A DNA stretch of 64,000 nt from NCBI GenBank assembly GCA_016781485.1, contig JADDQH010000003.1:5384-69383 (forward strand), given 5' to 3'. Below are positions 34,833-44,925 of the stretch, piece by piece. The notes under the pieces are model-generated. The model ran no database searches. It saw nothing but the letters and a program-made list of their open reading frames with translations, and was not told the DNA's origin. Source of the DNA: Chloroflexota bacterium. GTDB taxonomy: Bacteria > Chloroflexota > Limnocylindria > Limnocylindrales > CSP1-4. Position numbers and translations under genes: made by a program. Position 1 is the stretch's first letter, and every line of letters starts with the position of its first letter.

Positions 34833-36103
34833 TCTTTCTCGTACGGCCGGCCGTCGGCGGCAGGAGCCCGCGCGCGCCCGACGAGCCCGGCCACGACGAG
34901 GATCGTGACGACGTACGGCACCATCAATAGCAGCTCTGACGGGATGGGCACGTTCAGGATCGACAGGCGCGCCTGGAGTGAGTCGGCGAAGCCGAACACG
35001 AGGCTGGCGAAGAACGACCCGACCGGGGCCCAGCCGCCGAAGATCATCGCGGCGAGCCCGATGAACCCACGGCCCGCGGTCATCTCGCGGTCGAACCGCC
35101 CCGTCGACCCCAGGACCAGGAAGGCGCCGCCGACCCCCGCCAGCATCCCGCCCAGGATCACGTTCTGGTAGCGCGTGCGGAGGACGTCGATGCCGACCGT
35201 GTCCGCCGCCTTCGGGTGCTCACCCACGGCTCGGACGCGCAGGCCCCACCGCGTCTTGAACAGCGCGACGTGGATGAGCACGACGAGCACGAACATCGCG
35301 TACACGAACACGTTGTTGTTGAAGACGATCGGTCCGACGACCGGGATATCGGAGAGCAGCGGGATCTGGATCGGACCCAGCCGGTCGGGGTTGTTGAGCT
35401 CGGGCCTCCGTTGCAGCACGCGAGCGGAGAGGAAGCTGGTCATGCCGATCGCGAAGATGTTGATGACCGTCCCGGCGATGATCTGGTCGACCCGGTAGCG
35501 GATCGAGAGCACCGCGAGCAGTGCGGCCAGCAGTGCCCCCACGACGACGGCCGCGATGATCCCGATCCACGGGCTGCCCGTCGCACTCGCGGCGACGGCG
35601 GCGACGAACGCGCCGGTGAGGAGCATTCCCTCGATCGCGATGTTCACCACGCCGGCCCGTTCGCACAGCACACCCGCGAGGGCCGCGAACGTGATCGGCG
35701 TTGCGCGCTGGAGCGTGCCCTGGAGGACGCCGACGAGATTCATCGAGCGCGTCGATGCTGCCCAGACCAGGAAACCCGCGATGAACAGCAGGACGACAGC
35801 TCCGAGCACGACGGCGTTCCGTGCCCCGAACCCACGCGTGAGCTGGACGGCCCCCAGGAATGCGCACAAGCCGGCGAGCGCGTATGCCGTGGGCGCCGAC
35901 GGGACGACGAGTGGTGGCAGCTGGACGGCGACGCGGGGCGCGTTCAGCTCGAACGACGAGGTCGCTCCGGGCTCCGTCGCGGCGCCGAACGCGACCGCGA
36001 TGATCGCCGCCAGAGCGAGATAGACGAACCCGAACAGCTGCTGGCGACGGAGGCCGGCAGAGCCCGCGCCAACGGTGGTGGCGGCGGCGGTCACGTGCCC
36101 CAC
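34829..36103 (-). CDS. Nucleoside ABC transporter permease
   Basis: ERAGVVNIAIEG, RAVGEHP, GRGFIGLAA. Confidence 0.9.
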   Translation of the reverse strand: MGHVTAAATTVGAGSAGLRRQQLFGFVYLALAAIIAVAFGAATEPGATSSFELNAPRVAVQLPPLVVPSAPTAYALAGLCAFLGAVQLTRGFGARNAVVLGAVVLLFIAGFLVWAASTRSMNLVGVLQGTLQRATPITFAALAGVLCERAGVVNIAIEGMLLTGAFVAAVAASATGSPWIGIIAAVVVGALLAALLAVLSIRYRVDQIIAGTVINIFAIGMTSFLSARVLQRRPELNNPDRLGPIQIPLLSDIPVVGPIVFNNNVFVYAMFVLVVLIHVALFKTRWGLRVRAVGEHPKAADTVGIDVLRTRYQNVILGGMLAGVGGAFLVLGSTGRFDREMTAGRGFIGLAAMIFGGWAPVGSFFASLVFGFADSLQARLSILNVPIPSELLLMVPYVVTILVVAGLVGRARAPAADGRPYEKE

Positions 36104-37479
36104 CCCTTCGAGAAGACCTCGGTGCCCGTCGTGCGCCCGGCGCGGATCCGGTAGAGGCCGCGGACGAGGGCCGGAGCGGCGATGAACATGATGACCAGCG
36201 CCTGCACGACGACGACGAGGTCGATCGGGATCCCCGTCGCTGCCTGCATCGGGGTCGCGCCGGCGCGCAGGGCGCCGAACAGGAGCGCAGCGGCGACGAC
36301 GCCGAGGGGCCGGGAGCGGCCGAGCAGCGCCAGCGCGATCGCATCGAAACCGTAGCCCGGAGACAGCCCCGAGACGAGCCGTCGGTTGGAGCCGAGCACC
36401 TCCGACGTGCCCGCGAGCCCCGCGAGGCCGCCGCAGACCGCCATCGCGAGGATGACCGTTCGGCCGGTGTCGATACCGGCGTACCGCGCCGCCTGCGGGT
36501 TGAGGCCGACGGCTCGGAACTCGAAGCCCTTGGTGGAGCGGAACAGCAGCCAGGAGACGACGGCGGCAGCGATCAGCGCGATGACGAGTCCCCAGTGGAC
36601 GCCGGCGGCGAGGCCGGGGATCAACGGCGGGAGAGCCGCACTCTCGACGACCTCCTTGGAGATCGGATCCTCGCGACCCGGTCTCTGGAACACATCGGTC
36701 TTGAGGGCGAGGTCGATCAACCGGTAGGCGACGTAGTTGAGCATGATCGTGACGATCACCTCATGGGCGCCGGTCCGCGCCTTGAGGAACCCGGGGATGA
36801 ATCCCCAGAGCGCACCACCCAGGAACCCTGCGGCGACCGCGAGCGGGATGTGGATGAAGAACGGAAGCCCGGGGAACGAGAACCCGACGAACACCGCGAA
36901 CAGCGCGCCCAGATACAGCTGTCCCTCGGCCCCGATGTTGAAGAGCCCCGAGCGGAACGCGAGGGCGACCGAGAGGCCCGCGAAGATGAGCGGCGTCGAG
37001 CGCTGGAGCGTGACGCTGATGGGGTCGAGTGCCGCCACGAACGCGTCGAGGTCGCCTGCTGCGAGCGCTCCCACGAGGTCCCCGGGGTTGCCGATGGAGC
37101 CGGCGATGAGCGCACCGTAGGCCGCGGCGACGAGGTCCCACGAGGCCCCGAGCGCGGCCACCGGATCGACGCCGAACAGCGTGACGAGATCGGGGTCGCT
37201 GAGCACGATCACCAGCGCTCCCAGGATCAACGCCGTGAGGATCGCGAGCGCCGGGAGCAGCAGCCCCCGCCCGAACGTGACCGCCTGCCGAGTGAGACCG
37301 GGGCGGGTCGGGCGCTCGGGGACGGCTGCCATGGAACCCTGACCAGGCGCAGCCACGGGCGCAGCGTCGAGGGCGACAGGTGTCGCCGACATGGTCTCGG
37401 GAGGTGCGCCCGGGGAATCCGCGGCGCCGACACCAGAAGGGGAAACGCCACCCGCTGAAGAGTCGCGAGGTTCGGTCAT
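36091..37479 (-). CDS. Nucleoside ABC transporter permease
   Basis: GLFNIGAEGQ, HEVIVTIMLN, GYGFDAI. Confidence 0.9.
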   Translation of the reverse strand: MTEPRDSSAGGVSPSGVGAADSPGAPPETMSATPVALDAAPVAAPGQGSMAAVPERPTRPGLTRQAVTFGRGLLLPALAILTALILGALVIVLSDPDLVTLFGVDPVAALGASWDLVAAAYGALIAGSIGNPGDLVGALAAGDLDAFVAALDPISVTLQRSTPLIFAGLSVALAFRSGLFNIGAEGQLYLGALFAVFVGFSFPGLPFFIHIPLAVAAGFLGGALWGFIPGFLKARTGAHEVIVTIMLNYVAYRLIDLALKTDVFQRPGREDPISKEVVESAALPPLIPGLAAGVHWGLVIALIAAAVVSWLLFRSTKGFEFRAVGLNPQAARYAGIDTGRTVILAMAVCGGLAGLAGTSEVLGSNRRLVSGLSPGYGFDAIALALLGRSRPLGVVAAALLFGALRAGATPMQAATGIPIDLVVVVQALVIMFIAAPALVRGLYRIRAGRTTGTEVFSKGWGT

Positions 37480-39038
37480 CCCGCGGATGCTGCGGCGGCG
37501 GCGATCTCCTGTGCCTCCGGGTCGAGCCCCTCCTCGGGCCGCGCTCCGCCCATCAGCAGCCCCAGGCGCTCCGGCGTCGCCTCGGCTGGATCGAGGATCG
37601 CGACGATCCGCCCCTGGTACATGACCGCGATGCGGTCGGCGAGTGCGAGCACCTCGTCGAGCTCGGTGGAAACGATCAGCACCGCCGTCCCCTCGTCGCG
37701 CTTCTCGACGATCCGGCGGTGGATGTACTCGATCGATCCCACGTCAAGACCTCGCGTCGGCTGCGCCGCGACGAGCAGGCGGATCGGCCGCGAGAACTCA
37801 CGCGCGACGATGACCTTCTGCTGATTCCCGCCCGAGAGGTTCGCGACGTCGTTGAACACCGACGGCGTCCGGACGTCGTACTGGGCGACCTGCTCGCGTG
37901 CCCTCTGCAGGATGGCGTGGCGCTCGAGTCGCAGCCCGGTGGCGTACGGCGCGAGGTAGTAGCTGTTCAGCACGAGGTTGTCCGCGATCGTGAAGCCGGG
38001 CACCAGCCCGTCCTCCAACCGGTCCTCGGGGACGTGCGCGCACCCGGCCTCGAAGACGCGCCGCGGATGTGCCGTGATCGGACGCCCGTCGAGCGTCACG
38101 GTCCCTGCGGAGACGGGCCGGAGACCGGTCACGGCCTCAACGAGCTCCGTCTGCCCGTTTCCCTGCACGCCCGCGATGCACGCGATCTCTCCTGCGTGCA
38201 CGGTCAGGTCCAGCCCGTCGACGGCGACGTGATCACGGTCGTCACACACGACCAGTCCCTTGATCTCGAGCACCGTGCCCGCGGGTTCCGAGGGCGCTTT
38301 GTCCACCTGGAGCTGAACGCTCCGCCCGACCATCATCGCCGCCAGCTGCTCCCTGCTCGTCGTGCCGGGTGTCGTCGTCCCGGCCACCCGACCCCGTCGC
38401 AGGACCGTGATCCGATCGGCGACCTGCAGCACTTCGTTCAGCTTGTGCGTGATGAAGATGATCGACGTCCCGCTCCGCGCGAGCGAGCGCATGATCGCGA
38501 ACAGCTCTTCGCCTTCCTGGGGCGTCAGGACAGCGGTCGGCTCGTCGAGGATGAGCACGTCCGATCGGCGGTACAGCGCCTTGATGATCTCGACGCGTTG
38601 GCGTACACCGACGGGCAGGTCTTCGACGAGTGCGTCGGGGTCGACCCTGAGACCGTGACGCTCCGACACCTCGACGATCCGGCGTCTCGCGTCCGCCACG
38701 TCCAGTAGCCCCCCGAAGCCTCTGGTCGACTCGGCACCGAGCATGACGTTCTCCGTGACGGTGAATACCGGCACGAGCATGAAGTGCTGGTGGACCATCC
38801 CGATCCCGGCCGCGATCGCGTCGCCCGGGTCGTGGAACGTCACGGACCGGCCGTCGAGGAGGATCTCGCCCTCGTCCGGCCGATACAGGCCGTACAGCAC
38901 GTTCATCAGGGTCGTCTTGCCCGCGCCGTTCTCGCCCAGCAGCGCATGGATCTCGCCCGGCTCGACGACGAGGTCCACACCTTCGTTCGCCACGACGCCC
39001 GGGAAGCGCTTCGTGATGCCCTGCAGCTCGAGCTTCAC
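37476..39038 (-). CDS. Nucleoside/sugar ABC ATPase (tandem domains)
   Basis: GENGAGKT, LDEPT, LSGGNQQK, PTRGLD. Confidence 0.93.
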   Translation of the reverse strand: MKLELQGITKRFPGVVANEGVDLVVEPGEIHALLGENGAGKTTLMNVLYGLYRPDEGEILLDGRSVTFHDPGDAIAAGIGMVHQHFMLVPVFTVTENVMLGAESTRGFGGLLDVADARRRIVEVSERHGLRVDPDALVEDLPVGVRQRVEIIKALYRRSDVLILDEPTAVLTPQEGEELFAIMRSLARSGTSIIFITHKLNEVLQVADRITVLRRGRVAGTTTPGTTSREQLAAMMVGRSVQLQVDKAPSEPAGTVLEIKGLVVCDDRDHVAVDGLDLTVHAGEIACIAGVQGNGQTELVEAVTGLRPVSAGTVTLDGRPITAHPRRVFEAGCAHVPEDRLEDGLVPGFTIADNLVLNSYYLAPYATGLRLERHAILQRAREQVAQYDVRTPSVFNDVANLSGGNQQKVIVAREFSRPIRLLVAAQPTRGLDVGSIEYIHRRIVEKRDEGTAVLIVSTELDEVLALADRIAVMYQGRIVAILDPAEATPERLGLLMGGARPEEGLDPEAQEIAAAAASAG

Positions 39039-39059
39039 GTTCTCACTCCCCTCCGGTCC

Positions 39060-40292
39060 TCAGACCCTGACCCGTAGCTCCTGCAGCCCGCGCAGGATGT
39101 ACGTCGGCTTCCAGACCGGCTCCGCCACGACCGTCATCGTGGGCAGGCGCCGCAGCAGTGTCGCGAACAGGATGGCGAGCTCCAGGCGCGCGAGTGGCGC
39201 GCCGAGGCAGTAATGGACGCCAGCCCCGAAAGCGAGATGCGGGTTCGGGGAGCGAGAAAGGTCCAGGCGGTCGGGCTCGTCGAACACATCGGGGTCGTGG
39301 TTCGCCGACCCGAACAGGAGCGCGAGTTCCTCGCCCCTCGGGATCCTCACCCCCTCGACTTCGATGTCCTCCAACACCCATCGCTCGAACATCTGGAGCG
39401 GTGTGTCGTAGCGCATCAGTTCCTCGATCGCGCTCGCGACGAGCGAGTGATCCTCGCGAAGCCGCGCGAACTGCTCCGGGTTTCGGAACAACGCCCACCA
39501 CGCGTTACCCGCCAGGTTCACCGATGCCTCGTGACCGGCGTTGAGCAGGAGCACACAGGTCCCGATCAGCTCGTCCTCGGTGAGCACGTCGCCTTCGTCC
39601 ACGACCTGGGTGAGCCGGGAGATGAGATCGTCGCCGGGATCCGCCCGCCTCTTCCGCGACAGCTCGCGCAGGTAGTCCGAGAACTCCACGCTCGCGCGCA
39701 CCGCCCTGCGGGCCGATGCCTCGGAGGGATTGAGCTCGTACATCAGGCAGATGTCGGCCGACCAGGGACGCAGCAGCGGGCGGTCGACCTCGGGTACCCC
39801 GAGCAGTTCTGCGATGACGGTGACCGGGAGCGGTTCTGCGATCCGCGAGATGAGATCGAACTCGGGCTCACCTTGCACGGCGTCGATCAGTCCGTCGACG
39901 ATGCCCTGGATCCGCCCGCGGAGGTTCTCCACCGTCCGGGGCGTGAACGCGCGCGAGACGAGGCGCCGCAGGCGGGTGTGGTCGGGCGGCTCGCGGTCGA
40001 GCATCCCGTTCCGGATGAGATGCCAGAACGGGGCATGCCATTCCGGCTCTTCGGGGCGGCCCATCTCCTGGTGGGACGCGACATGGAGGTACGTCCGCCC
40101 GAGCCGCCGATCGCGAAGCAGCGCGTTGACGTCAGCGTACCGGGAGACGATCCACTGGTTCGTGTCGCCGTTATAGAGGACGGGGTATCGCTCGCGGAGC
40201 TCCGCGTACGTGGGATACGGGTTCGCGATGAACGCGACGTCCCACGGATCGAAGCCGAGGCTGCGGGGCGTCGCGGACGAGACCGCGCTCAT
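39060..40292 (-). CDS. Cytochrome P450
   Basis: PPDHTRLR, AGHEAS, EELMR (ExxR), FGAGVHYCLG. Confidence 0.93.
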   Translation of the reverse strand: MSAVSSATPRSLGFDPWDVAFIANPYPTYAELRERYPVLYNGDTNQWIVSRYADVNALLRDRRLGRTYLHVASHQEMGRPEEPEWHAPFWHLIRNGMLDREPPDHTRLRRLVSRAFTPRTVENLRGRIQGIVDGLIDAVQGEPEFDLISRIAEPLPVTVIAELLGVPEVDRPLLRPWSADICLMYELNPSEASARRAVRASVEFSDYLRELSRKRRADPGDDLISRLTQVVDEGDVLTEDELIGTCVLLLNAGHEASVNLAGNAWWALFRNPEQFARLREDHSLVASAIEELMRYDTPLQMFERWVLEDIEVEGVRIPRGEELALLFGSANHDPDVFDEPDRLDLSRSPNPHLAFGAGVHYCLGAPLARLELAILFATLLRRLPTMTVVAEPVWKPTYILRGLQELRVRV

Positions 40293-40392
40293 GGGGTCCT
40301 CAGCGTATCGGTCCGGCCGGCGGTCTGCAGCGGATGAAGACGGACGGCGTCCAGTGGGGACGCCGTCCGTCGGTGCTGCGCGCGAAAACGGC

Positions 40393-41583
40393 CTATTGCC
40401 CGGGGGCGCCCTCATACCAGTCTGCAGGCTTGACCTGGCCGGACGCGATCGCCTGCCGCAGCGCGTCGATCTCCGCGTCGAGCTCCTGCGGGACGTCGTT
40501 CTCGAACTCGTGGTACGGCGCCAGGCCGACGCCCTCGTTCTTGAGCGTGTTCACCTGTACGCCACCCTTGAATCTGCCTTCGAGAGCGGACCTGATGGCG
40601 CCCTTCACGCCATTGTCGATGCGCTTCAGGATGCTCGAGAGCATCACGTCCCTGTACTCGGGCGCGGAGATCGCCTGGTCCACGTCGACGCCGATGAACA
40701 TCACGCCCTCGGCATCCTGCACCGCGGCTGCGGCTCCGAGCCCGACGGGGCCGGCGACCGCCATGACCACGTCGGCGCCTTCCTGGATGAAGCCCTCGGT
40801 GACCTGACGGCCCTTCGCCGTATCCTGGAAGTCGCCGGTGAAGGATCCGCTCTTCTTCTTGGGATCCCAGCCGAGCAACTGGACGTTCTTGCCCTTCTGC
40901 TTGTTGTAGTAGTTCACGCCGGCGGCAAAGCCTTCCATGAACGTGCGCACCGGCGGGATGTCGATGCCCCCGAACGTGGCCACCTTGCCGGTCTTGCTCA
41001 TGCCCGCGGCGAGATACCCGCCGAGCATCGTCGCCTCGTCGATCGCGAACACGATCCCGGCGACGTTCGGGATGACGGGGTCATAGGCGAAGTCGACGAT
41101 CGCGAACTTCTGCTTCGGGTTCGCCTTCGCCGCTGCCTCTGTCGCATCGCCCAGCAGGAAGCCGACGGTGACGATCAGATCGCACTTCTCGTTGATGAAG
41201 GTCTGGATGTTGCGGTTGTAGTCGGCTTCGGACGTGGACTCGAGGAACTTGATCTCGCCGATGCCGAACTCGGCCTTGGCACCCTCGAGCCCCGCGTACG
41301 CGTTCTGGTTGAACCCCTTGTCGTCGATGCCGCCGGTATCGCTGACCTCGCAGGCCTTGAAGTCGGCTGCACCGGGAAGCGGAGTCCCTGCCGCGGCCCC
41401 GCCGCCCGCCGGACTCCCGCCCGCCGGACCCCCGCCCGCTGGACTGTTCGCCGCCGGGCTCCCGGCCCCGGCGCCGCCGGCGGCCGGACTTCCACCACCC
41501 GGGCGACCTGCGCCGCCCTGGCACGCCCCTACGATGAGGGCGGTCGCGGCGACGAGCGCCGCGAGAGCACGCGTCGTGCCCAA
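40393..41583 (-). CDS. BMP-family nucleoside-binding lipoprotein
   Basis: SD GAGGAGG with TTG start; lipobox VGA-C; DTGGIDDKGFNQ, IGVDVDQ; G/A/P-rich linker. Confidence 0.9.
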   Translation of the reverse strand: MGTTRALAALVAATALIVGACQGGAGRPGGGSPAAGGAGAGSPAANSPAGGGPAGGSPAGGGAAAGTPLPGAADFKACEVSDTGGIDDKGFNQNAYAGLEGAKAEFGIGEIKFLESTSEADYNRNIQTFINEKCDLIVTVGFLLGDATEAAAKANPKQKFAIVDFAYDPVIPNVAGIVFAIDEATMLGGYLAAGMSKTGKVATFGGIDIPPVRTFMEGFAAGVNYYNKQKGKNVQLLGWDPKKKSGSFTGDFQDTAKGRQVTEGFIQEGADVVMAVAGPVGLGAAAAVQDAEGVMFIGVDVDQAISAPEYRDVMLSSILKRIDNGVKGAIRSALEGRFKGGVQVNTLKNEGVGLAPYHEFENDVPQELDAEIDALRQAIASGQVKPADWYEGAPGQ

Positions 41584-41666
41584 TGTCTCCTCCTCTGAAG
41601 TGATCGGTCGCCCATCCGGCCGCGCCTCGGTACGCCCGTCGGCGACGGATGCAATGATGGCACGGC

Positions 41667-42167
41667 GTGACGGCGGATGAGCGGGCGCGAGCCCGGGACG
41701 TGCTCGACCTCCAGGAGGGCCGGTGGCACGTTCCCATCCTCGACGCGCGAGGCGCGGAGGAGCTGCTCGCGACCGCTCACCGGATCGCCGTGATCGGTGC
41801 CTCGCCCGATGCGGCGCGACCATCCCATGGCGTGATGCGCTACCTCCTGGCGCACGGCTATGAGTGTGTCCCCGTCAACCCGCGGGCGACCGACGTCCTC
41901 GGCAACATCTCGTTCCCGTCACTTGAGATCGCAGTGGCGGAGACAGGGCCGTTCGACATCGTCAACGTGTTCCGGCGCCCCGGGGCGACGCCTGACGTCG
42001 CACGAAGTGCCGTCGCGACCGGCGCCAGGGCTCTGTGGCTCCAGTTCGGCATCGTGAACTGGGAGGCCGCCCGGATCGCGCACGAGGGCGGCCTGGGAGT
42101 GGTGATGGATCGCTGTACCCGCATCGATCACGAGGTCGCGATCCGACGGAGGACCCGCGACCGCTGA
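41667..42167 (+). CDS. CoA-binding protein
   Basis: IAVIGAS..RPS, PVNP, DIVNVFR, LWLQFG, VMDRC. Confidence 0.88.
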   Translation: MTADERARARDVLDLQEGRWHVPILDARGAEELLATAHRIAVIGASPDAARPSHGVMRYLLAHGYECVPVNPRATDVLGNISFPSLEIAVAETGPFDIVNVFRRPGATPDVARSAVATGARALWLQFGIVNWEAARIAHEGGLGVVMDRCTRIDHEVAIRRRTRDR

Positions 42168-42199
42168 GGACACGTACCGGGACCGGCCGAGTCGGGCTC

Positions 42200-42568
42200 C
42201 TAGATGCGGAGATCCTCCCAGAGCCCCAGCTCATTCCCCTCGGTGTCCGCGACGACGGCATACCAGCCCTGCCCCGGCACCTCAGCCCTTGGCTCGACCA
42301 CCGAACCGCCCAACTGCTCGATGCGGGGCAGTGTCTCGTCGATCGAATCGACCGTCACGAAGTTGCGGACACGCTCCCCCGCCGACCTTCCACGCCGCCC
42401 GACGGCGCCGCCGAGCCCCTCACGGCCCGCGGCCGTCTCGAACAGGTAGTAGTCCGGGAAGTCCTCCATCGCCCGGAACCGCCAGCCGAACGCCTCTGCG
42501 TAGAAGTTCCGCGCCCGTTCCGGGTCATCCGCCGGGAACTCGACGTGAGTGATGTCACCGTGCGCCAT
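42200..42568 (-). CDS. VOC/glyoxalase family protein
   Basis: HVEFPADDPERA..FY..FGW, DTEGN; SD GAGGGGAGG. Confidence 0.88.
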   Translation of the reverse strand: MAHGDITHVEFPADDPERARNFYAEAFGWRFRAMEDFPDYYLFETAAGREGLGGAVGRRGRSAGERVRNFVTVDSIDETLPRIEQLGGSVVEPRAEVPGQGWYAVVADTEGNELGLWEDLRI

Positions 42569-42626
42569 CCTCGCCTCCCCTCTTCGGCGGCGTTGCGCCG
42601 CCTCAGGGCCGGAGTCTAGCCGGGCG

Positions 42627-42914
42627 TCAGCGGATGGCGAAGCCGAGGAACACAAGAACGACCCCCGCGACGGCGACGAACGCCCAGCGCCGGGCGCGGT
42701 CACGCAGCTCCTGGCGCATCACGTCAGCGCCTGTGACCGACCGATCCCTACCGCCCGCGGCCGTGCGCCGTCCACCACGCCAGTCCTCGTACCGCCGCAC
42801 GTTCTCCTCGGTCGCCTGCAGTGCGCGATACCGCTGGTACGGCGCGCGCGCCTGGAGGTAGCCGACCACGATCAGCGCGACGCCGGCGAGCCACAGGAGG
42901 AGGTTGACGGTCAC
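42627..42914 (-). CDS. Small two-TM membrane protein
   Basis: Hydrophobic N- and C-terminal helices; co-oriented downstream of gatB. Confidence 0.65.
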   Translation of the reverse strand: MTVNLLLWLAGVALIVVGYLQARAPYQRYRALQATEENVRRYEDWRGGRRTAAGGRDRSVTGADVMRQELRDRARRWAFVAVAGVVLVFLGFAIR

Positions 42915-42995
42915 CGGTGCGGGCCGGGGATCGCCGCGGAAGCGAGTCGTCCGGCGTGGCGCAGACGCCCGATGCTCACGTGCCTCGGCCGAGGT

Positions 42996-44540
42996 TCAGG
43001 CGCCAAGCCGGTCGCGGAACAGCCGCTGGACGATCGCCGCGTTCGCCTGTCCGCGGGTCGCCTTCATGACCTGTCCGGTCAGGAAACCCACCGCCTGCGT
43101 CTTGCCGGCGCGCACGTCGGCGACCGCGGCCGGGTTCGCCTCGAGCACCTCGTCCACGGCGGCCTCCAGCGCCGATACGTCGCTGATCTGCCGCAGCCCA
43201 AGCTCCGCGACGATGGCATCGACTCCCTCCCTCGTCGCGAAGTGCCGCTCGAACACCTGCTTCGCGTTCGTGCCGGAGATCGCGCCGTCCTCCACGAGGC
43301 GGACGAGTCGGGCCAGCTCGCGGGGTGAGACGGGCGGCTGACCGGCTGCCTCGCCGTCACCACCGCCGCCCCCGATGCCGTTGCGATCGCCTCCGCCGGG
43401 ACCCGGAACCGTCCCCTCCCCGCCAGCGACCTTCGCCAAGCGGAGGTACTCCCCCGTGACCCAGTTCGCGACGCGCTTCGCCGGCAGCGCCTCGTCGGCG
43501 GTGAGCGCTGCCTCGAACAGCCGAGTCGCGTCGAGGTCGGCCACGAGCACCGCGGCGTCGTACGCGGACAGGCCGAGCTCCTCCACGTATCTGCGTCGCC
43601 GTGCCGCGGGTAGCTCCGGCATCCGGGCCCGGATCCCCTCGAGCCACGCGTCGTCCGTGCGAAGCGGCGGGAGATCCGGCTCCGGGAAGTACCGGTAGTC
43701 CTGCGAGTACTCCTTCGAGCGCATCGTGTACGTCGCGCCGCGGTCGTCGTCCCAGCCACGGGTCTCCTGGAGGAGCCGCTCCCCGGCGTCGATCGCCCGC
43801 GCCTGCCGCTCGATCTCGAACCCGATCGCTCGCTCCACGGATCGGAACGAGTTCATGTTCTTCACTTCCACCCGGGTCCCGAACGCCTCCTGGCCCCATG
43901 GCCGCAACGAGACGTTCGCCTCGACGCGCATCTGGCCGTTCTCGAGCTCCGCGTCCGACGCGCCGATCGTCATCAGCAGCATCCGCAGCTCCTCGGCGTA
44001 GCGTCGCGCCTGCTCCGCCGTCCGGAGGTCGGGCTCGGTCACGATCTCCATCAGCGGGACCCCGGAGCGGTTGAAGTCCACTCGGCTGACCCGCTTGCCG
44101 TTCGAGTCGACCTCATGGACGAGCCGGGCGGTGTCCTCCTCGAGGTGTGCGCGTGTGATGGCGACCGAGACCTGGCCGTCCGATGTGTCGAACTCGAGCC
44201 GCCCGCGGGCAGACAGCGGCAGGTCGTACTGGCTGATCTGATAGCCCTTCGGTAGGTCCGGATAGAAGTAGTTCTTCCGATCCCACCGGGTGTACTCCGG
44301 GATCTCGGCGCCGAGCGCCAGCGCCGTGGCGAGCACGTGCTCCACGGCTACCCGGTTGATCACCGGCAGCGCGCCCGGGAGCCCGAGACAGACGGGGCAG
44401 GTGTGCGAGTTGGGCGGATCGTCCTGGAAGTCCGTCGAGCACGGGCAGAACATCTTCGAGGCGGTCCGCAGCTGGACGTGGCACTCGATGCCGATGACCG
44501 CTTCGTACTTCACCAGCGGGGACGCTTCCGCAACGTTCAT
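42996..44540 (-). CDS. gatB: Asp/Glu-tRNA amidotransferase subunit B
   Basis: IGIECHVQL, RKNYFYPDLPKGYQISQ, HLEED, DYRYFPEPDL. Confidence 0.96.
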   Translation of the reverse strand: MNVAEASPLVKYEAVIGIECHVQLRTASKMFCPCSTDFQDDPPNSHTCPVCLGLPGALPVINRVAVEHVLATALALGAEIPEYTRWDRKNYFYPDLPKGYQISQYDLPLSARGRLEFDTSDGQVSVAITRAHLEEDTARLVHEVDSNGKRVSRVDFNRSGVPLMEIVTEPDLRTAEQARRYAEELRMLLMTIGASDAELENGQMRVEANVSLRPWGQEAFGTRVEVKNMNSFRSVERAIGFEIERQARAIDAGERLLQETRGWDDDRGATYTMRSKEYSQDYRYFPEPDLPPLRTDDAWLEGIRARMPELPAARRRRYVEELGLSAYDAAVLVADLDATRLFEAALTADEALPAKRVANWVTGEYLRLAKVAGGEGTVPGPGGGDRNGIGGGGGDGEAAGQPPVSPRELARLVRLVEDGAISGTNAKQVFERHFATREGVDAIVAELGLRQISDVSALEAAVDEVLEANPAAVADVRAGKTQAVGFLTGQVMKATRGQANAAIVQRLFRDRLGA

Positions 44541-44925
44541 GAGGCTAGTTTCGCATGCGACCAACGTCCTGCTACTGCTCGCGCCTTTCGGCCGACGCCC
44601 GCGCGAAATGCAAGGGCTAGCCTCGACGGGTGCATCGACTCCACGCACTCCTCGTGCAGATCATCGTCGCCGGATCGCTCGTCGCGGCGTGCATGCCCGG
44701 GGGTGCTGGGGGCCCCGGTAACGCGACACGTCCCTCGAGCTCGTCCGCGCCCACCTGGTCGTCTCGGGTGAGCAGATCGTCGGCGCGTGGATCTCGGTAG
44801 AGCCGGAGGCGCCCGGCGTCTACCCTCTCGACACTCCGCGCGAGGAGCTCCAGGGGTAGTGGTGTAGGCGAGCATGCAGTTCACCGCCGGGTTCGGGATG
44901 CTGCGAACCGACCACGCCGCGGCCC

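Noticed and set aside
41395..41500. 15-nt periodic repeats in the BMP gene
   Set aside because: An ordinary GGSPA-type linker after the lipoprotein Cys.
44541..44925. 385-bp gap between the aminotransferase and gatB as an ncRNA or T-box
   Set aside because: No T-box or other recognisable RNA motif; the ORF there looks non-coding.
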